Positions 1 to 9,020 of a DNA stretch of 64,000 nucleotides are shown here, piece after piece. Every line of letters starts with the position of its first letter. The stretch's first letter is position 1. The translations under genes and the position numbers were made by a program. Origin of the DNA: a virus; the IMG/VR virus record IMGVR_UViG_3300022918_000180; one strand, 5' to 3'. Below the pieces are notes generated by a model. That model was not told the DNA's origin, did not search any database, and saw nothing but the letters and a program-made list of their open reading frames with translations.

Positions 1-107
1 GCGATCTCGTCACGGAGCGCGACGAACTGGCGGAATGAGAAGTCGAACACGACTTGGCTGTTGACGTGGATGACGATTTTCTCGGCGGTTTCTCGGTGGG
101 TGTTCAT
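1..107 (-). CDS. hypothetical early protein, 5' part only (runs off the left edge)
   Basis: ATG at 107 overlaps the TGA of the upstream MBL gene (ATGA coupling); frame stays open to the window edge. Confidence 0.5.
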   Translation of the reverse strand, partial: MNTHRETAEKIVIHVNSQVVFDFSFRQFVALRDEI

Positions 108-886
108 GAGTTTTCGATTTCAAGGTTGAATGTCTGGCCTTTGACCACAAAGCCGGCAAACAGGTGGCCTAACGGATGCGTCGGATCACCGTGATGGTAA
201 AGGTGCGTTTTATTCGTGATGGTGTATGGCAGACGGGCCAGGTCGGTGATGTGGGCGTGGACTCCGGACCGGTGTTCCGCCGGCAGCGTCTCGCAGTCGT
301 GGAAGATGATGTCGGCTTCGGTGTAGAACGGTGCCAGCAAATCGGGGCAGAACATCGTGTCCGTTGTGAAAAACACGGACTTGGACGGCCCAAATTCCCG
401 CCGGAAGAAAAGGCCGTAGGAGTGCTTGATGGTGTAGCCGCTCACGATATGGACGGTGGGGACGGCCTTGAACATCCATCCTTCCCAGCGGAAGAAGCCG
501 TTGGTCATCGGTTCGCAGTCGAAGTAGTCGGTCAGAGTCATCATCTTCCCCTGCACCGAGTCCAGACCGCCGCGGAGGCTGCGGTTCCAAAGCTCATCGA
601 AAATCTCCGGGACACCAAAGAGCTTCGGCCGCACCCGCGGCGGGATGAAGTAACGGGAGAAGGCGAACTGCTCCAGTCCCCCAATGTGGTCGGAATGGCA
701 GTGGCTGACGTAGACGCCGTCGATGTCCGCGAACGGGATACCCATCTCGTCCCGCAGGACGTAGGGCGCGGTGGTGCCGAAATCGACGAGCAGGCGTTTG
801 CCGCTTTCGCTGGTGAGCAGCAGGTTGGAGTTGCCGATGCTTATCGGCGAAAACGCGCCGCCGGATCCAAGGAATTGAAGTTTCAT
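104..886 (-). CDS. MBL-fold metallohydrolase, Apyc1 (anti-Pycsar)-like cyclic nucleotide phosphodiesterase
   Basis: Start MKLQFLGSGGAF at 886, ATGA-coupled to the upstream gene; HCHSDH metal motif, GGLE, VH, TTDT, FHDC, VHA and YHH motifs in the Apyc1/RNase Z-like arrangement. Confidence 0.8.
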   Translation of the reverse strand: MKLQFLGSGGAFSPISIGNSNLLLTSESGKRLLVDFGTTAPYVLRDEMGIPFADIDGVYVSHCHSDHIGGLEQFAFSRYFIPPRVRPKLFGVPEIFDELWNRSLRGGLDSVQGKMMTLTDYFDCEPMTNGFFRWEGWMFKAVPTVHIVSGYTIKHSYGLFFRREFGPSKSVFFTTDTMFCPDLLAPFYTEADIIFHDCETLPAEHRSGVHAHITDLARLPYTITNKTHLYHHGDPTHPLGHLFAGFVVKGQTFNLEIENS

Positions 887-1167
887 ACTGGTGGTGTCGG
901 TTGCAGTTTGGTGATCGCCACTGTCAGCCGTTCCCGGTCCTCCGGGGCGAGGGACGGCAGGGTGAGGATGTGACGGAGGATGTGACGGAGGTGGGTGAGC
1001 GTAAACACCGGCGATGCGCCTTCCTCGACCCAGCCGAGCGCCCGCTCGACCCAGCGGCTGGTGGTGAGTTTGGACGCCTCGTCGAACGCGGCCTGGGCGC
1101 GGGCGTCGTCCTCGGCGGTGCGCATCCGCAGTTTGATCCGGCGCGGCCGGCGGGGGTTGGTTTTCAT
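883..1167 (-). CDS. hypothetical protein
   Basis: 94 aa ORF, ATGA-coupled at both ends, C/A-rich leader. Confidence 0.6.
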   Translation of the reverse strand: MKTNPRRPRRIKLRMRTAEDDARAQAAFDEASKLTTSRWVERALGWVEEGASPVFTLTHLRHILRHILTLPSLAPEDRERLTVAITKLQPTPPV

Positions 1168-1430
1168 GTTGGTTCGGAAGGGTTGGCGCCGACCCAGGCG
1201 GCGGTGGTCTCCAGCATGACCGCCGCCTGGCGGGTGTAGGTCGGATGGGCGAGGCGGTCCGCCGTGCGCCGCGTGAGCAGGGCCAGCAGGCGCAGGGCAT
1301 CGGCGGGGCTAAGGGCGTCGAGGAGGCGCTCGGCGTGCTGCCGGGTGGTGAGCGAGGCATCCGGCATCGGGCGGATGATCTCCACTTTGGTCTCGGGGCG
1401 GTTGAATGGAGTCGGTGGGGTGGTGTTCAT
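1164..1430 (-). CDS. hypothetical protein
   Basis: 88 aa ORF in an ATGA-coupled chain. Confidence 0.6.
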   Translation of the reverse strand: MNTTPPTPFNRPETKVEIIRPMPDASLTTRQHAERLLDALSPADALRLLALLTRRTADRLAHPTYTRQAAVMLETTAAWVGANPSEPT

Positions 1431-1714
1431 TCTGGTTCGGATTCTGGTTCGGGGAAATGCATCAGGAGCAGAACTGCGAGGGCCTGAGCAGCCTCCATGG
1501 TCAACCCGAAAACCAGTTCGCTCACCTTGCCGTCATCGGTGGGGCGGAAAATGCGCACGCACAAAGCGTCCTGCCCATCGATCTTCCACACTTCGAGAGA
1601 GCGGTCGCCGCTCAGTTTGAAGCCCTCTCCGCTGTTGAGGACGACCTGTGCGGCGCGGTGTAGGTCGGCTTTGTCAAAAGGGACGAATTCAGGTGTGGGT
1701 GGGTCGTTGTTCAT
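1427..1714 (-). CDS. hypothetical protein
   Basis: Start MNNDPP at 1714, coupled overlaps on both sides. Confidence 0.55.
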   Translation of the reverse strand: MNNDPPTPEFVPFDKADLHRAAQVVLNSGEGFKLSGDRSLEVWKIDGQDALCVRIFRPTDDGKVSELVFGLTMEAAQALAVLLLMHFPEPESEPE

Positions 1715-1902
1715 ACTGGTGTTACGGTGATTTTGTGGACGGAGAGGCCCCACTTCTTCCGCGTATCCTCCCATGTTTTGCCCGGCTCGCAGATCGACCC
1801 GGTGGCTTCGGAACGCATGTAGCGCACGGTGGTGGCGAGGAGGTGACCGCCTTTGTTGAAGACGGCCCAGCAGGTGGTCGGGCGGGGAGGAGTGGGTTTC
1901 AC
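1711..1902 (-). CDS. hypothetical protein
   Basis: GTG start overlapping the upstream stop; 63 aa. Confidence 0.5.
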   Translation of the reverse strand: MKPTPPRPTTCWAVFNKGGHLLATTVRYMRSEATGSICEPGKTWEDTRKKWGLSVHKITVTPV

Positions 1903-2165
1903 GGTTTGGCTGTGATGACAGCTTCGTGAAACGAAGGGTTGAACCCGCGGGTCTTGCCAGTGCGGGTGTTCTGGATGTTCATCTGGCCGAGGTAGTAGCG
2001 CGAAGCGCTGGGCTCGCTGATTACGCGGGCGGTGATGATGGTGCCGTGGTTGATTGCCACAGTGAGGTGAGTGCCGATGGGGTATTCAGCGGCGATAGCG
2101 GCGCAGTATGCCTCCTGCGCGACGGACAGCGCGGCTTTGGCGCGTTGGATGGTTTCGGGTATCAT
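1899..2165 (-). CDS. hypothetical protein
   Basis: 88 aa ORF with C/A-rich leader. Confidence 0.55.
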   Translation of the reverse strand: MIPETIQRAKAALSVAQEAYCAAIAAEYPIGTHLTVAINHGTIITARVISEPSASRYYLGQMNIQNTRTGKTRGFNPSFHEAVITAKP

Positions 2166-2183
2166 ATAGGGTGTTGGTTGAAA

Positions 2184-2636
2184 TTAAGCAGCGGAATTGA
2201 ATAGGGCTTTGGCCTCCTCGACGGTGACGCCGGCGAGTTCGGCCGCATCCTTCCATGGAGTGAAGGAACGGCGGGCGGCGACGATGATGCTTTTGCGCCA
2301 ATCTCCAGGCGGCGGGGACTTCTCGCCCTCCCGGGTCATCCGCCGCTCCTCGGCTGAGGGCGCATCGACCTTGTATGCAGCGTGCTTGTAGGCGCTCTTC
2401 GGGCTGACGGGGCCCTTTGGTTTGCCGGCGCGTTGTGTGTAGACCTTGGAGCAGCCGCAGTGCGTGGCCGGGTTCGTGCGTCTGGTCAACCACTCCGCTC
2501 TGAACGTGCGCTCGCGGCCGCAGTCGCAGCGGCAGAGCCACACAGCCCGGGCGGACTTGCCGTCTCCATCCGTGTGGCTGAAGCGGAGGACGGTGAGCAT
2601 CCCGTATTTCAGGCCGGTATGATCTTTGCGGGTCAT
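2184..2636 (-). CDS. protein with the N-terminal domain of AP2/HNH-type homing endonucleases
   Basis: DHTGLKYGMLTVL...WLCRCDCG...HCGC signature; SD-like GAAGGAGG upstream; no HNH catalytic motif seen. Confidence 0.6.
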   Translation of the reverse strand: MTRKDHTGLKYGMLTVLRFSHTDGDGKSARAVWLCRCDCGRERTFRAEWLTRRTNPATHCGCSKVYTQRAGKPKGPVSPKSAYKHAAYKVDAPSAEERRMTREGEKSPPPGDWRKSIIVAARRSFTPWKDAAELAGVTVEEAKALFNSAA

Positions 2637-3055
2637 CGCGCGGTCCCTCCTTCGAACGCCGCGATGGCGGCCCGGGCCTGCACGCAGGCGTCGCTGCAGC
2701 ATGGCATCAGCGGGTGACCGAGGGACATCCCACAGAAGCAACTGGCGCTGCTGCCCCGCAGCGCTGTGAGGGCGGCAAGCAGTTCGCTGCCGCAGGTGTG
2801 TCGCTCGATGACCCCGGCCATCCACTCTTCCGAGTGCCAGCGTTCGAGACCGTCGTTGATCTCCTCGGCAGCGCTCAGAGCCCTGGCGGAGGGGGTTGCA
2901 GGCGCGGTGAACTCTTTCACGATGATCGCCTCGATCCGTTCGATCATCTCCGACGGGGTCAGCGGATCCTGCGGGGCGAGCGCGCGGCTTTCGAAGAGGC
3001 TGTGGATGTCCTCGGCGGCGCGCCGGGGGCCGGAGGGTGGGATGGGTTGGCTCAT
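2633..3055 (-). CDS. hypothetical protein with Cys cluster
   Basis: 140 aa; CFCG and CCSDAC near the C-terminus; ATGA coupling. Confidence 0.55.
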   Translation of the reverse strand: MSQPIPPSGPRRAAEDIHSLFESRALAPQDPLTPSEMIERIEAIIVKEFTAPATPSARALSAAEEINDGLERWHSEEWMAGVIERHTCGSELLAALTALRGSSASCFCGMSLGHPLMPCCSDACVQARAAIAAFEGGTAR

Positions 3056-3070
3056 AAGTGTGGGTGGGCT

Positions 3071-3274
3071 TCAGGACCAGGTGACGACGCCGCGGTGGGT
3101 CAGAATAATGAGGGCCCCGACGACGGCCCAGCAGAACCAGGCGGAGTAAAAGATGCGGCCCTGGGTTTGCTCACTGACGATGCCGTCGAATAGGGTGCAG
3201 GTAACGAGAGCCGCGAGTAGCGAGGCCGGGATGAGCAGGACCCAGGGGAGTATGGTGGTGATCGGGATGTCCAT
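3071..3274 (-). CDS. small two-TM membrane protein
   Basis: Two hydrophobic stretches; first gene downstream of the leftward promoter. Confidence 0.55.
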   Translation of the reverse strand: MDIPITTILPWVLLIPASLLAALVTCTLFDGIVSEQTQGRIFYSAWFCWAVVGALIILTHRGVVTWS

Positions 3275-3318
3275 GCGGATGGTGCGTCACCTGCAACTCG
3301 CAGGATCCGCATGCCGGG

Positions 3319-3347
3319 ATATTAGTGGACAGTTTTAAAGATTGCAA
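3319..3347 (-). promoter_or_regulatory. sigma70-like leftward early promoter
   Basis: TTGCAA-17 bp-TAATAT on the minus strand. Confidence 0.55.
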
Positions 3348-3872
3348 GTTGTTTCGGCGGAAATCTTTTCGATCGATGTAGTTTGACCGGCTGCACCGGA
3401 CGAAAAACCGCTGCGCCGGTGGCAAAAACACCTCTGAAAAAGCAAAAGCCCAAATGAAAAGTTTACCTTTTTAAAACCTTATCATCGCAGCAATTTACCA
3501 AAAATGGCTTAAAATGTCTAAAACTGCTGCGATGATAGGTCATTTTAGGGGGGTCAAAAGTCTTGTAAGAGAATTTAATTTTTTGCCCATTTTGGGCCAA
3601 AGACGGCCAAATAAAAAAATTCCCTATAGGACTTTTACCCCCCTGTTTTGCGTTGCACCGATGCACTCGATTTCGGCGTCGGGGAGATGGCAGAAACCCC
3701 CAAAAACCCGACTGCTGCGATGATAAATCCAGACGCCTCAAACTTTACCCATTGCGTTTCACTTTTTAAACGCCCCTTTTTTCCTTGCTTTTCCAGCCCT
3801 CCCGGCCTAAACGTAGCGCGGGCTGCATTCCCGGTCGGAAGGCAGCCCGCTGAAACCAGTCATAAGCTAACT
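3330..3872. other. putative replication origin / divergent control region
   Basis: AT-rich noncoding stretch directly upstream of the primase-helicase; three copies of TGCTGCGATGATA (3480-3492 inverted, 3525-3537, 3713-3725). Confidence 0.5.
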
Positions 3873-6476
3873 ATGAAAGATCCCTTGCCGGACTCTAGGG
3901 TCCCCGCGTCTAAAATCAAGTCCTACTACGGAGATTCCGATGTCCGAAGCGGAGTCATCAAACTTCTGAAGGGCACCACCTTCCAGGAATTCCACCAGCA
4001 CCACTTCGTCCGCCCGGTGATGGTGCCCCGCACCCGGGCCGAGTTCGATCTGATCGGCCACCCTCCCCGGACGGAGGATCAGGATGATGACGCCTACAGC
4101 AAGGCGCTTGCGGTGGGAAAGCGGGAGCAGGGGAAGATCAAATTTGCGCCCTACTACATCGCCGGCACCGCCGTGGGCCCGTGCGAGCGCAGCGGCGCCC
4201 CTCTGATCGGCTGCTCTCTGATCACCATCGACATCGACAACTCCACCGACGCCGCCCCTCTGGTGACGAGCAAAGGCCAACTGGTGGCTCAGACCATCCC
4301 GTGGAACTTCATCCTGCACCACACGCTCTCCTCGACGCCCCACATGCCCCGGGTGAGGTTGGTGATCGACGCCGACCTCTTCCCCGAGGAATCCTACCTG
4401 CAGGCGGTGGCCTACATCTGCGACCGCCTGGGGGTCACTCCGGACCCGGCGTGCCGGAACCCCCGGCAGCCGATGTATGTGCCGACGACGTGCTCGGATG
4501 ACCCCCTGCCCATCATTGCGTCCCGCCTCGTGGGGCCTGCCATTCCCAAATCCGCGTTTGAGAACCATCCTCTCAGTGAGAATGACCTCGGAACCTTCAC
4601 CGGGAATGCCACCTCGTTCTCCCCGCCGCTGCGGGGGGTGAGCGATGAGATGGTGAAATCGCTGCTGGAGTGCCTTGAAGATCCGGATGAGTCCTACGAC
4701 CTTTGGATCAACATGCTGATGGCCCTCCAGCACCAGTTCGGCCAGGGCACGGCCGAGGAGGAGGAAAAGGGCTTCGACTTTTTCAACGAGTGGAGCCAGC
4801 GGGGGGCCAAATACGACGGCCACGATGTCACCTACCGCAAATGGAGGAGCTTCAAGGCGTCCCCCGACAAGATCCGGCCCACCACCCTGGCGACGATCAT
4901 GATGACCGCCAAGCAGCGCGGGTGGTCCCACCACGCCGCAGAGGAGGACATGCACGCCGATCTCGTGGCCATGATCGAGGCGGAGACCAGCCCGGAAGCC
5001 CTCACCACCACCTGCCTGAAGGCCATCGCCGAGAACACCGCCCTCGGGGACCTGCAGACGCAGATCCTCCTGACCCAAATCCATGAGAAGCTGAAGAAGA
5101 CCGCCTCCAAGGTCAACATGCCCTCCCTGCGCCGGGAGGTCCACCGGATGCGCAAGGCCAAGGACCGGGAGATCAAGGAGACCAACGAGACCACGCCGTC
5201 GTGGATGGAGGGGTGGGTTTTCCTCGCCGACAGCAATGTGTTCGTCCACGCCCACAACGGGCAGGTCCTGCCCCGCCAGGGTTTCGATGGGTTCTTCACC
5301 AACGAGGTCATCGCCGACGACGCCAGCAGGCCGCCCTTCCCCTCCACCGTGGCGCTTCTCCATCCGAGCTTCCAGCGCGCCATGGCCACGGAATACAACC
5401 CCTCCCGCCCGGGAGACCTGTTTTACACCGAGAACGGCCGTGACCTGATGAATTCCTACCGCGCGGATTACATCGAAGCGGACGAGTCGCGCTCGGAGGA
5501 GGCAGGCATGATCCTGCGCCGGCACACCGCGATGCTCTTCCCCGACCCGCGCCATCAGGACATCCTCCTGAGCTTCTTTGCCTACCTCGTGCAGAAGCCC
5601 GGGGCCAAGATCCGCTGGTGCGTGTTCATGCAGGGAGCCCCTGGCTGCGGCAAAAGCATTTACGCCGACATGATGGCGGGGGTCCTCGGGCCCAGCAACG
5701 TCAACATCATCGATCAGAACAAACTCAACAGCAGCTACACCGACTGGTATCAGAGCAGCCAGCTTCTGGCCTTCGACGAAATCGTCGTCGGCGAGCACCG
5801 CAAGGACCTGATGGAGCGGCTGAAGACCCTGATCACCAACGAAACCCTGGCCCTGACGCAGAAATACAAACCGTCGTCCACCGTGAGGAACTACACCAAC
5901 TCGATGTTCACCTCCAACCACCGGAACGGGATCCACATCGACGACACCGACCGCCGCTACTTTGTCCTCTGCACCGCCCAGCAGAAAAAGGAGGACGTGA
6001 AGGCCATTAATCCGGAGTGGTTCAGCGATTTTGGCCGGCTGGGCCGCGACCTCGCCGGCGGGGCGCGCCATTTCCTTGCCAACTTCAAACTGCACCCGGA
6101 GTTCGAACCCGACCGCGGGGCCCCGGAGACGGTCTACCGGGACACGGTGATTGGCACCAGCGAGAGCGAGCTGACGTTCGCCATCAAGGAAGCCATCACC
6201 CAGCACGTCCATCCGATGATCACCGAGGACATCATCAACTCCGTTCAGTTGGGTGTGGAGCTGCGGGGCACCCGCGGGGCCAGTGCCAAAGGCATCTCCG
6301 TGGCGCTCGACAAACTCAACTACGAGAAGATGGGCAACCCCATGATTGACGGCGTCCACCGCTGGCCCGTGTGGGTCCACCGGGAGTCCGATGCCTACAT
6401 CATCGGCGACTGGCTGGAGGAGTATAAAGCCCGTGTGGAGAAAGCGAAGACCGGAGATTTCAAAGAACTAACCTAA
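3873..6476 (+). CDS. primase-helicase (AEP-type primase, PriCT-2 domain, SF3/D5-like helicase)
   Basis: IDID and HHTLSS..PRVRL primase motifs; YDLWINMLMAL...WSQRGAKY PriCT-2 pattern; Walker A GAPGCGKS, Walker B AFDE, SNH, DRRY. Confidence 0.88.
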   Translation: MKDPLPDSRVPASKIKSYYGDSDVRSGVIKLLKGTTFQEFHQHHFVRPVMVPRTRAEFDLIGHPPRTEDQDDDAYSKALAVGKREQGKIKFAPYYIAGTAVGPCERSGAPLIGCSLITIDIDNSTDAAPLVTSKGQLVAQTIPWNFILHHTLSSTPHMPRVRLVIDADLFPEESYLQAVAYICDRLGVTPDPACRNPRQPMYVPTTCSDDPLPIIASRLVGPAIPKSAFENHPLSENDLGTFTGNATSFSPPLRGVSDEMVKSLLECLEDPDESYDLWINMLMALQHQFGQGTAEEEEKGFDFFNEWSQRGAKYDGHDVTYRKWRSFKASPDKIRPTTLATIMMTAKQRGWSHHAAEEDMHADLVAMIEAETSPEALTTTCLKAIAENTALGDLQTQILLTQIHEKLKKTASKVNMPSLRREVHRMRKAKDREIKETNETTPSWMEGWVFLADSNVFVHAHNGQVLPRQGFDGFFTNEVIADDASRPPFPSTVALLHPSFQRAMATEYNPSRPGDLFYTENGRDLMNSYRADYIEADESRSEEAGMILRRHTAMLFPDPRHQDILLSFFAYLVQKPGAKIRWCVFMQGAPGCGKSIYADMMAGVLGPSNVNIIDQNKLNSSYTDWYQSSQLLAFDEIVVGEHRKDLMERLKTLITNETLALTQKYKPSSTVRNYTNSMFTSNHRNGIHIDDTDRRYFVLCTAQQKKEDVKAINPEWFSDFGRLGRDLAGGARHFLANFKLHPEFEPDRGAPETVYRDTVIGTSESELTFAIKEAITQHVHPMITEDIINSVQLGVELRGTRGASAKGISVALDKLNYEKMGNPMIDGVHRWPVWVHRESDAYIIGDWLEEYKARVEKAKTGDFKELT

Positions 6477-6483
6477 CAAAACC

Positions 6484-6774
6484 ATGAATATTTCAACAAT
6501 TACCGAAGACGAGAGGTTTTACGGCTATGTCGTCGGGCTATATCTGAGGGCGCGTCCGGGAGCCAGGGAGGGCGCCCCGCCTAACGCCCTTTACGCTGAT
6601 TTTTCATATAATGGAACGGTGGAAACCTACATAGTTCCTGATCATGAGCTTTTCGCAAAACTGCTGATCATCCTCTCCAAAAACGCTTTTGAGCGCGTAA
6701 ACGATGGCTCATATGGGATTGGTAAAGTGTGGATCAGTAAAGACAGTGGAGAGTGGTCCGTGAACCTGCCGTAA
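6484..6774 (+). CDS. hypothetical protein
   Basis: 96 aa ORF, AT-richer than its neighbours. Confidence 0.55.
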   Translation: MNISTITEDERFYGYVVGLYLRARPGAREGAPPNALYADFSYNGTVETYIVPDHELFAKLLIILSKNAFERVNDGSYGIGKVWISKDSGEWSVNLP

Positions 6775-6795
6775 AAAGAAATTCAAAAATAAATC

Positions 6796-6823
6796 TTGAA
6801 AACTGTCCACACTGTGCCATACT
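6796..6823 (+). promoter_or_regulatory. putative promoter
   Basis: TTGAAA-16 bp-CATACT, containing the ACTGTCCAC motif, 12 nt before the ATG at 6836. Confidence 0.45.
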
Positions 6824-6835
6824 CCTGTCACACCT

Positions 6836-7675
6836 ATGAAAGCACGCACCATTGAAAAAATCCTCCGCAGGAAATTCGACGCCTTTACCGCGACGATCAC
6901 CGACCAGTTTGTCAAGGCGCTCGTCATGAAGAACTCCCTCATCACCGGCGGCAGTATTGCTTCCATGCTGCTCGATGAGCAGGTGAATGACTACGATGTC
7001 TACTTCACGGATGCCCCCACTGCGCTCGCCGTGGCCCGTTACTATGCCACGATTTTCAGCACCACCCCGCCGGAGGTCACCCTCGACGAAGCCGGCCGTG
7101 TGTTTTTCAAGGCTGACCGCATCGGCGGCAACCCGGCCCTGCGGATGGATGATCCCAACCCCGAGGACTCCGGCGCGCAGGAAGCCATCGACGCGGCCGC
7201 CAACGACGGCACCTACCGCCCGCTCTTCATCTCCCCCAATGCCATCACGCTGTCCGACGGCGTGCAGATCATCATCCGGTTCTACGGATCGCCTGACGAG
7301 ATCCACTCCAACTACGATTTCGTCCATTGCACCAACTGCTGGGAAAGCAGCACCGGCAAACTCACCCTGCGTGCGGCGGCGCTTGAGGCCCTGCTCACAA
7401 AGGAGCTGCGTTACGTCGGCAGCAAATACCCTCTCTGCTCGATCATCCGCACGCGCAAATTCATCAAACGCGGGTGGAGCATCAACGCCGGTCAGTATCT
7501 TAAAATGGCCCTGCAGTTGAACGAGCTGGACCTCCTCGACATCTCCACCCTCCAGGATCAGTTGATCGGCGTGGACTCCGCCCACTTCAGGATGCTGCTG
7601 AGCCAGATCGCGGAATCGGACCCGGAGAAGGTCAACACCGGTTACATCATCGAGATCATCGACCGTCTTTTCTAA
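6836..7675 (+). CDS. nucleotidyltransferase-fold protein (Pol beta superfamily)
   Basis: ITGGSIAS-x7-NDYDVYF (hGG..DxD) motif; DFVHC and RKFIKRGW motifs as in phage tRNA-NTase/poly(A) polymerase-like proteins. Confidence 0.65.
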   Translation: MKARTIEKILRRKFDAFTATITDQFVKALVMKNSLITGGSIASMLLDEQVNDYDVYFTDAPTALAVARYYATIFSTTPPEVTLDEAGRVFFKADRIGGNPALRMDDPNPEDSGAQEAIDAAANDGTYRPLFISPNAITLSDGVQIIIRFYGSPDEIHSNYDFVHCTNCWESSTGKLTLRAAALEALLTKELRYVGSKYPLCSIIRTRKFIKRGWSINAGQYLKMALQLNELDLLDISTLQDQLIGVDSAHFRMLLSQIAESDPEKVNTGYIIEIIDRLF

Positions 7676-7676
7676 T

Positions 7677-7883
7677 ATGAAAACCTGGGACGATCCTCAC
7701 CTTCACCTCGGAGCACACTTCCGTGACCTCAACACCGGCCGCATCCTTCAGGTCCGCGCATTCGATGCCGACGAGGACTGGATCCGGCTCATGCCGGTGC
7801 CGGCGGAACCGGGTGTCCTCGCGGTGCTCGTCACTTACGAAATGATCCAAACCAACTACGTCCCCTGGGACATCAGCGCATGA
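7677..7883 (+). CDS. hypothetical protein
   Basis: 68 aa ORF in a coupled chain. Confidence 0.55.
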   Translation: MKTWDDPHLHLGAHFRDLNTGRILQVRAFDADEDWIRLMPVPAEPGVLAVLVTYEMIQTNYVPWDISA

Positions 7884-8101
7884 ATACAACACCCTGCCCT
7901 CTTTGCTCGCACCTCGAACCCACGGGCACATTCCAAACTCACATCACGGATAAGGTCCCTCTGAAGTCCTTCCGCGTCCAGCACGAGAAAGAAGGCCGGA
8001 CAATCGTCTACGGCGAGTATGATACCATCGAAGCCGCGCGTGCCGGCGCATGCAACCTGACTGCTCAAATCCTCACCCGCGAAAAAACTACACCGGCATG
8101 A
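7880..8101 (+). CDS. hypothetical protein
   Basis: 73 aa, ATGA coupling. Confidence 0.55.
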   Translation: MNTTPCPLCSHLEPTGTFQTHITDKVPLKSFRVQHEKEGRTIVYGEYDTIEAARAGACNLTAQILTREKTTPA

Positions 8102-8319
8102 CCACCCTCAAGGACTATCATAAGTTCCTCGGCGACCGGATCGAGAAGCACGGTGACGGTCCGCTGAATGCGCACGGATACACGTCCGCCTTCTACCTTT
8201 ACACCGTTGCCACCGAGCAACTCCGCTGCCTGAACAAAGGCATGGAGCGCAAGAACCGACTGATCGCCCGCCTGCGGGAGCAGGTCAAACAACTCAAAAA
8301 CCCCACCACACCCCAGTGA
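8098..8319 (+). CDS. hypothetical protein
   Basis: 73 aa from MTTLKD, ATGA coupling. Confidence 0.55.
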   Translation: MTTLKDYHKFLGDRIEKHGDGPLNAHGYTSAFYLYTVATEQLRCLNKGMERKNRLIARLREQVKQLKNPTTPQ

Positions 8320-8498
8320 ACATCCGAGAAGTTATGGACCAGTTAGCGTCCCTCGCCGCCGTCCACGGCGATCACCTGCGCGTCTATGCCCGCGACTCCT
8401 CCGGCGACGGCAAGGAAGTCGAGCAGATCCTGCCCGATGTGGAGTGTCATAATGGACGCGAGACTGAATTTGTTTTCATCAGCACCAACCCGGCATGA
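8316..8498 (+). CDS. hypothetical protein
   Basis: GTGA-coupled 60 aa ORF. Confidence 0.5.
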   Translation: MNIREVMDQLASLAAVHGDHLRVYARDSSGDGKEVEQILPDVECHNGRETEFVFISTNPA

Positions 8499-8710
8499 GC
8501 ATTCAGGATTCCCACGCCTTTGTCCTGGAGCAGTCCCGTGCCAACATCGAGTTCATCAAGCTCAACCCCGCCCATGTCAGCCAGGGCAAACAGATCAATG
8601 CCGCGCTCGCCAACATCGTCGCCTGTGAGCGCAATGACATCATGCGCAAAGCCCTTGAGCGGGCCATCCGACGGGATCACGCGGACCTGCCGGGACTGCC
8701 ACAGTCCTGA
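8495..8710 (+). CDS. hypothetical protein
   Basis: 71 aa, ATGA coupling. Confidence 0.5.
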   Translation: MSIQDSHAFVLEQSRANIEFIKLNPAHVSQGKQINAALANIVACERNDIMRKALERAIRRDHADLPGLPQS

Positions 8711-9020
8711 CCTCGTCCCCCGCGGTTCGTCCTTCCGCAACCGGTGCCACGGCTGCTGGAACAAAATCCAGCGCGACCGGTGGGCCACCAACCGGGAGAC
8801 CTGCCGCGCCGCCAGCAAAGCCAATTACCGGAAGCATTCAACCAAACGCCGGGCCGAAGCCTCCGCCGCCAAAACCGCCAACCGCGAATACTACACCCTG
8901 GCCGAATGGTTCCGCCGCAAAGGCATTCCAATCGCCCACGTTCCAACGGACGATCTCACCGCCTTGATCGAAATGAAACGGGCGCTCAAAACCTCGAAGA
9001 TACTAACTAAAACATCATGA
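8634..9020 (+). CDS. basic Zn-finger-like protein
   Basis: CRDC...CHGC followed by an Arg/Lys-rich helix; start uncertain (overlaps the previous ORF). Confidence 0.45.
   Translation: MTSCAKPLSGPSDGITRTCRDCHSPDLVPRGSSFRNRCHGCWNKIQRDRWATNRETCRAASKANYRKHSTKRRAEASAAKTANREYYTLAEWFRRKGIPIAHVPTDDLTALIEMKRALKTSKILTKTS

Noticed and set aside
887-1360. N-terminal extension of the 418-aa ORF 104..1360
   Set aside because: Low-complexity shadow frame overlapping two better ATGA-coupled genes; the MBL domain starts at 886
3463-3741. Small ORFs within the AT-rich origin region
   Set aside because: They overlap the iteron repeats, have atypical composition and lack a leader motif
3867-6380. 837-aa antisense ORF, and similar long ORFs at 35630-36970, 39722-41656, 48523-51870 and 52545-53552
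   Set aside because: Antisense shadows of motif-bearing genes, expected from high-GC codon bias; no recognisable motifs
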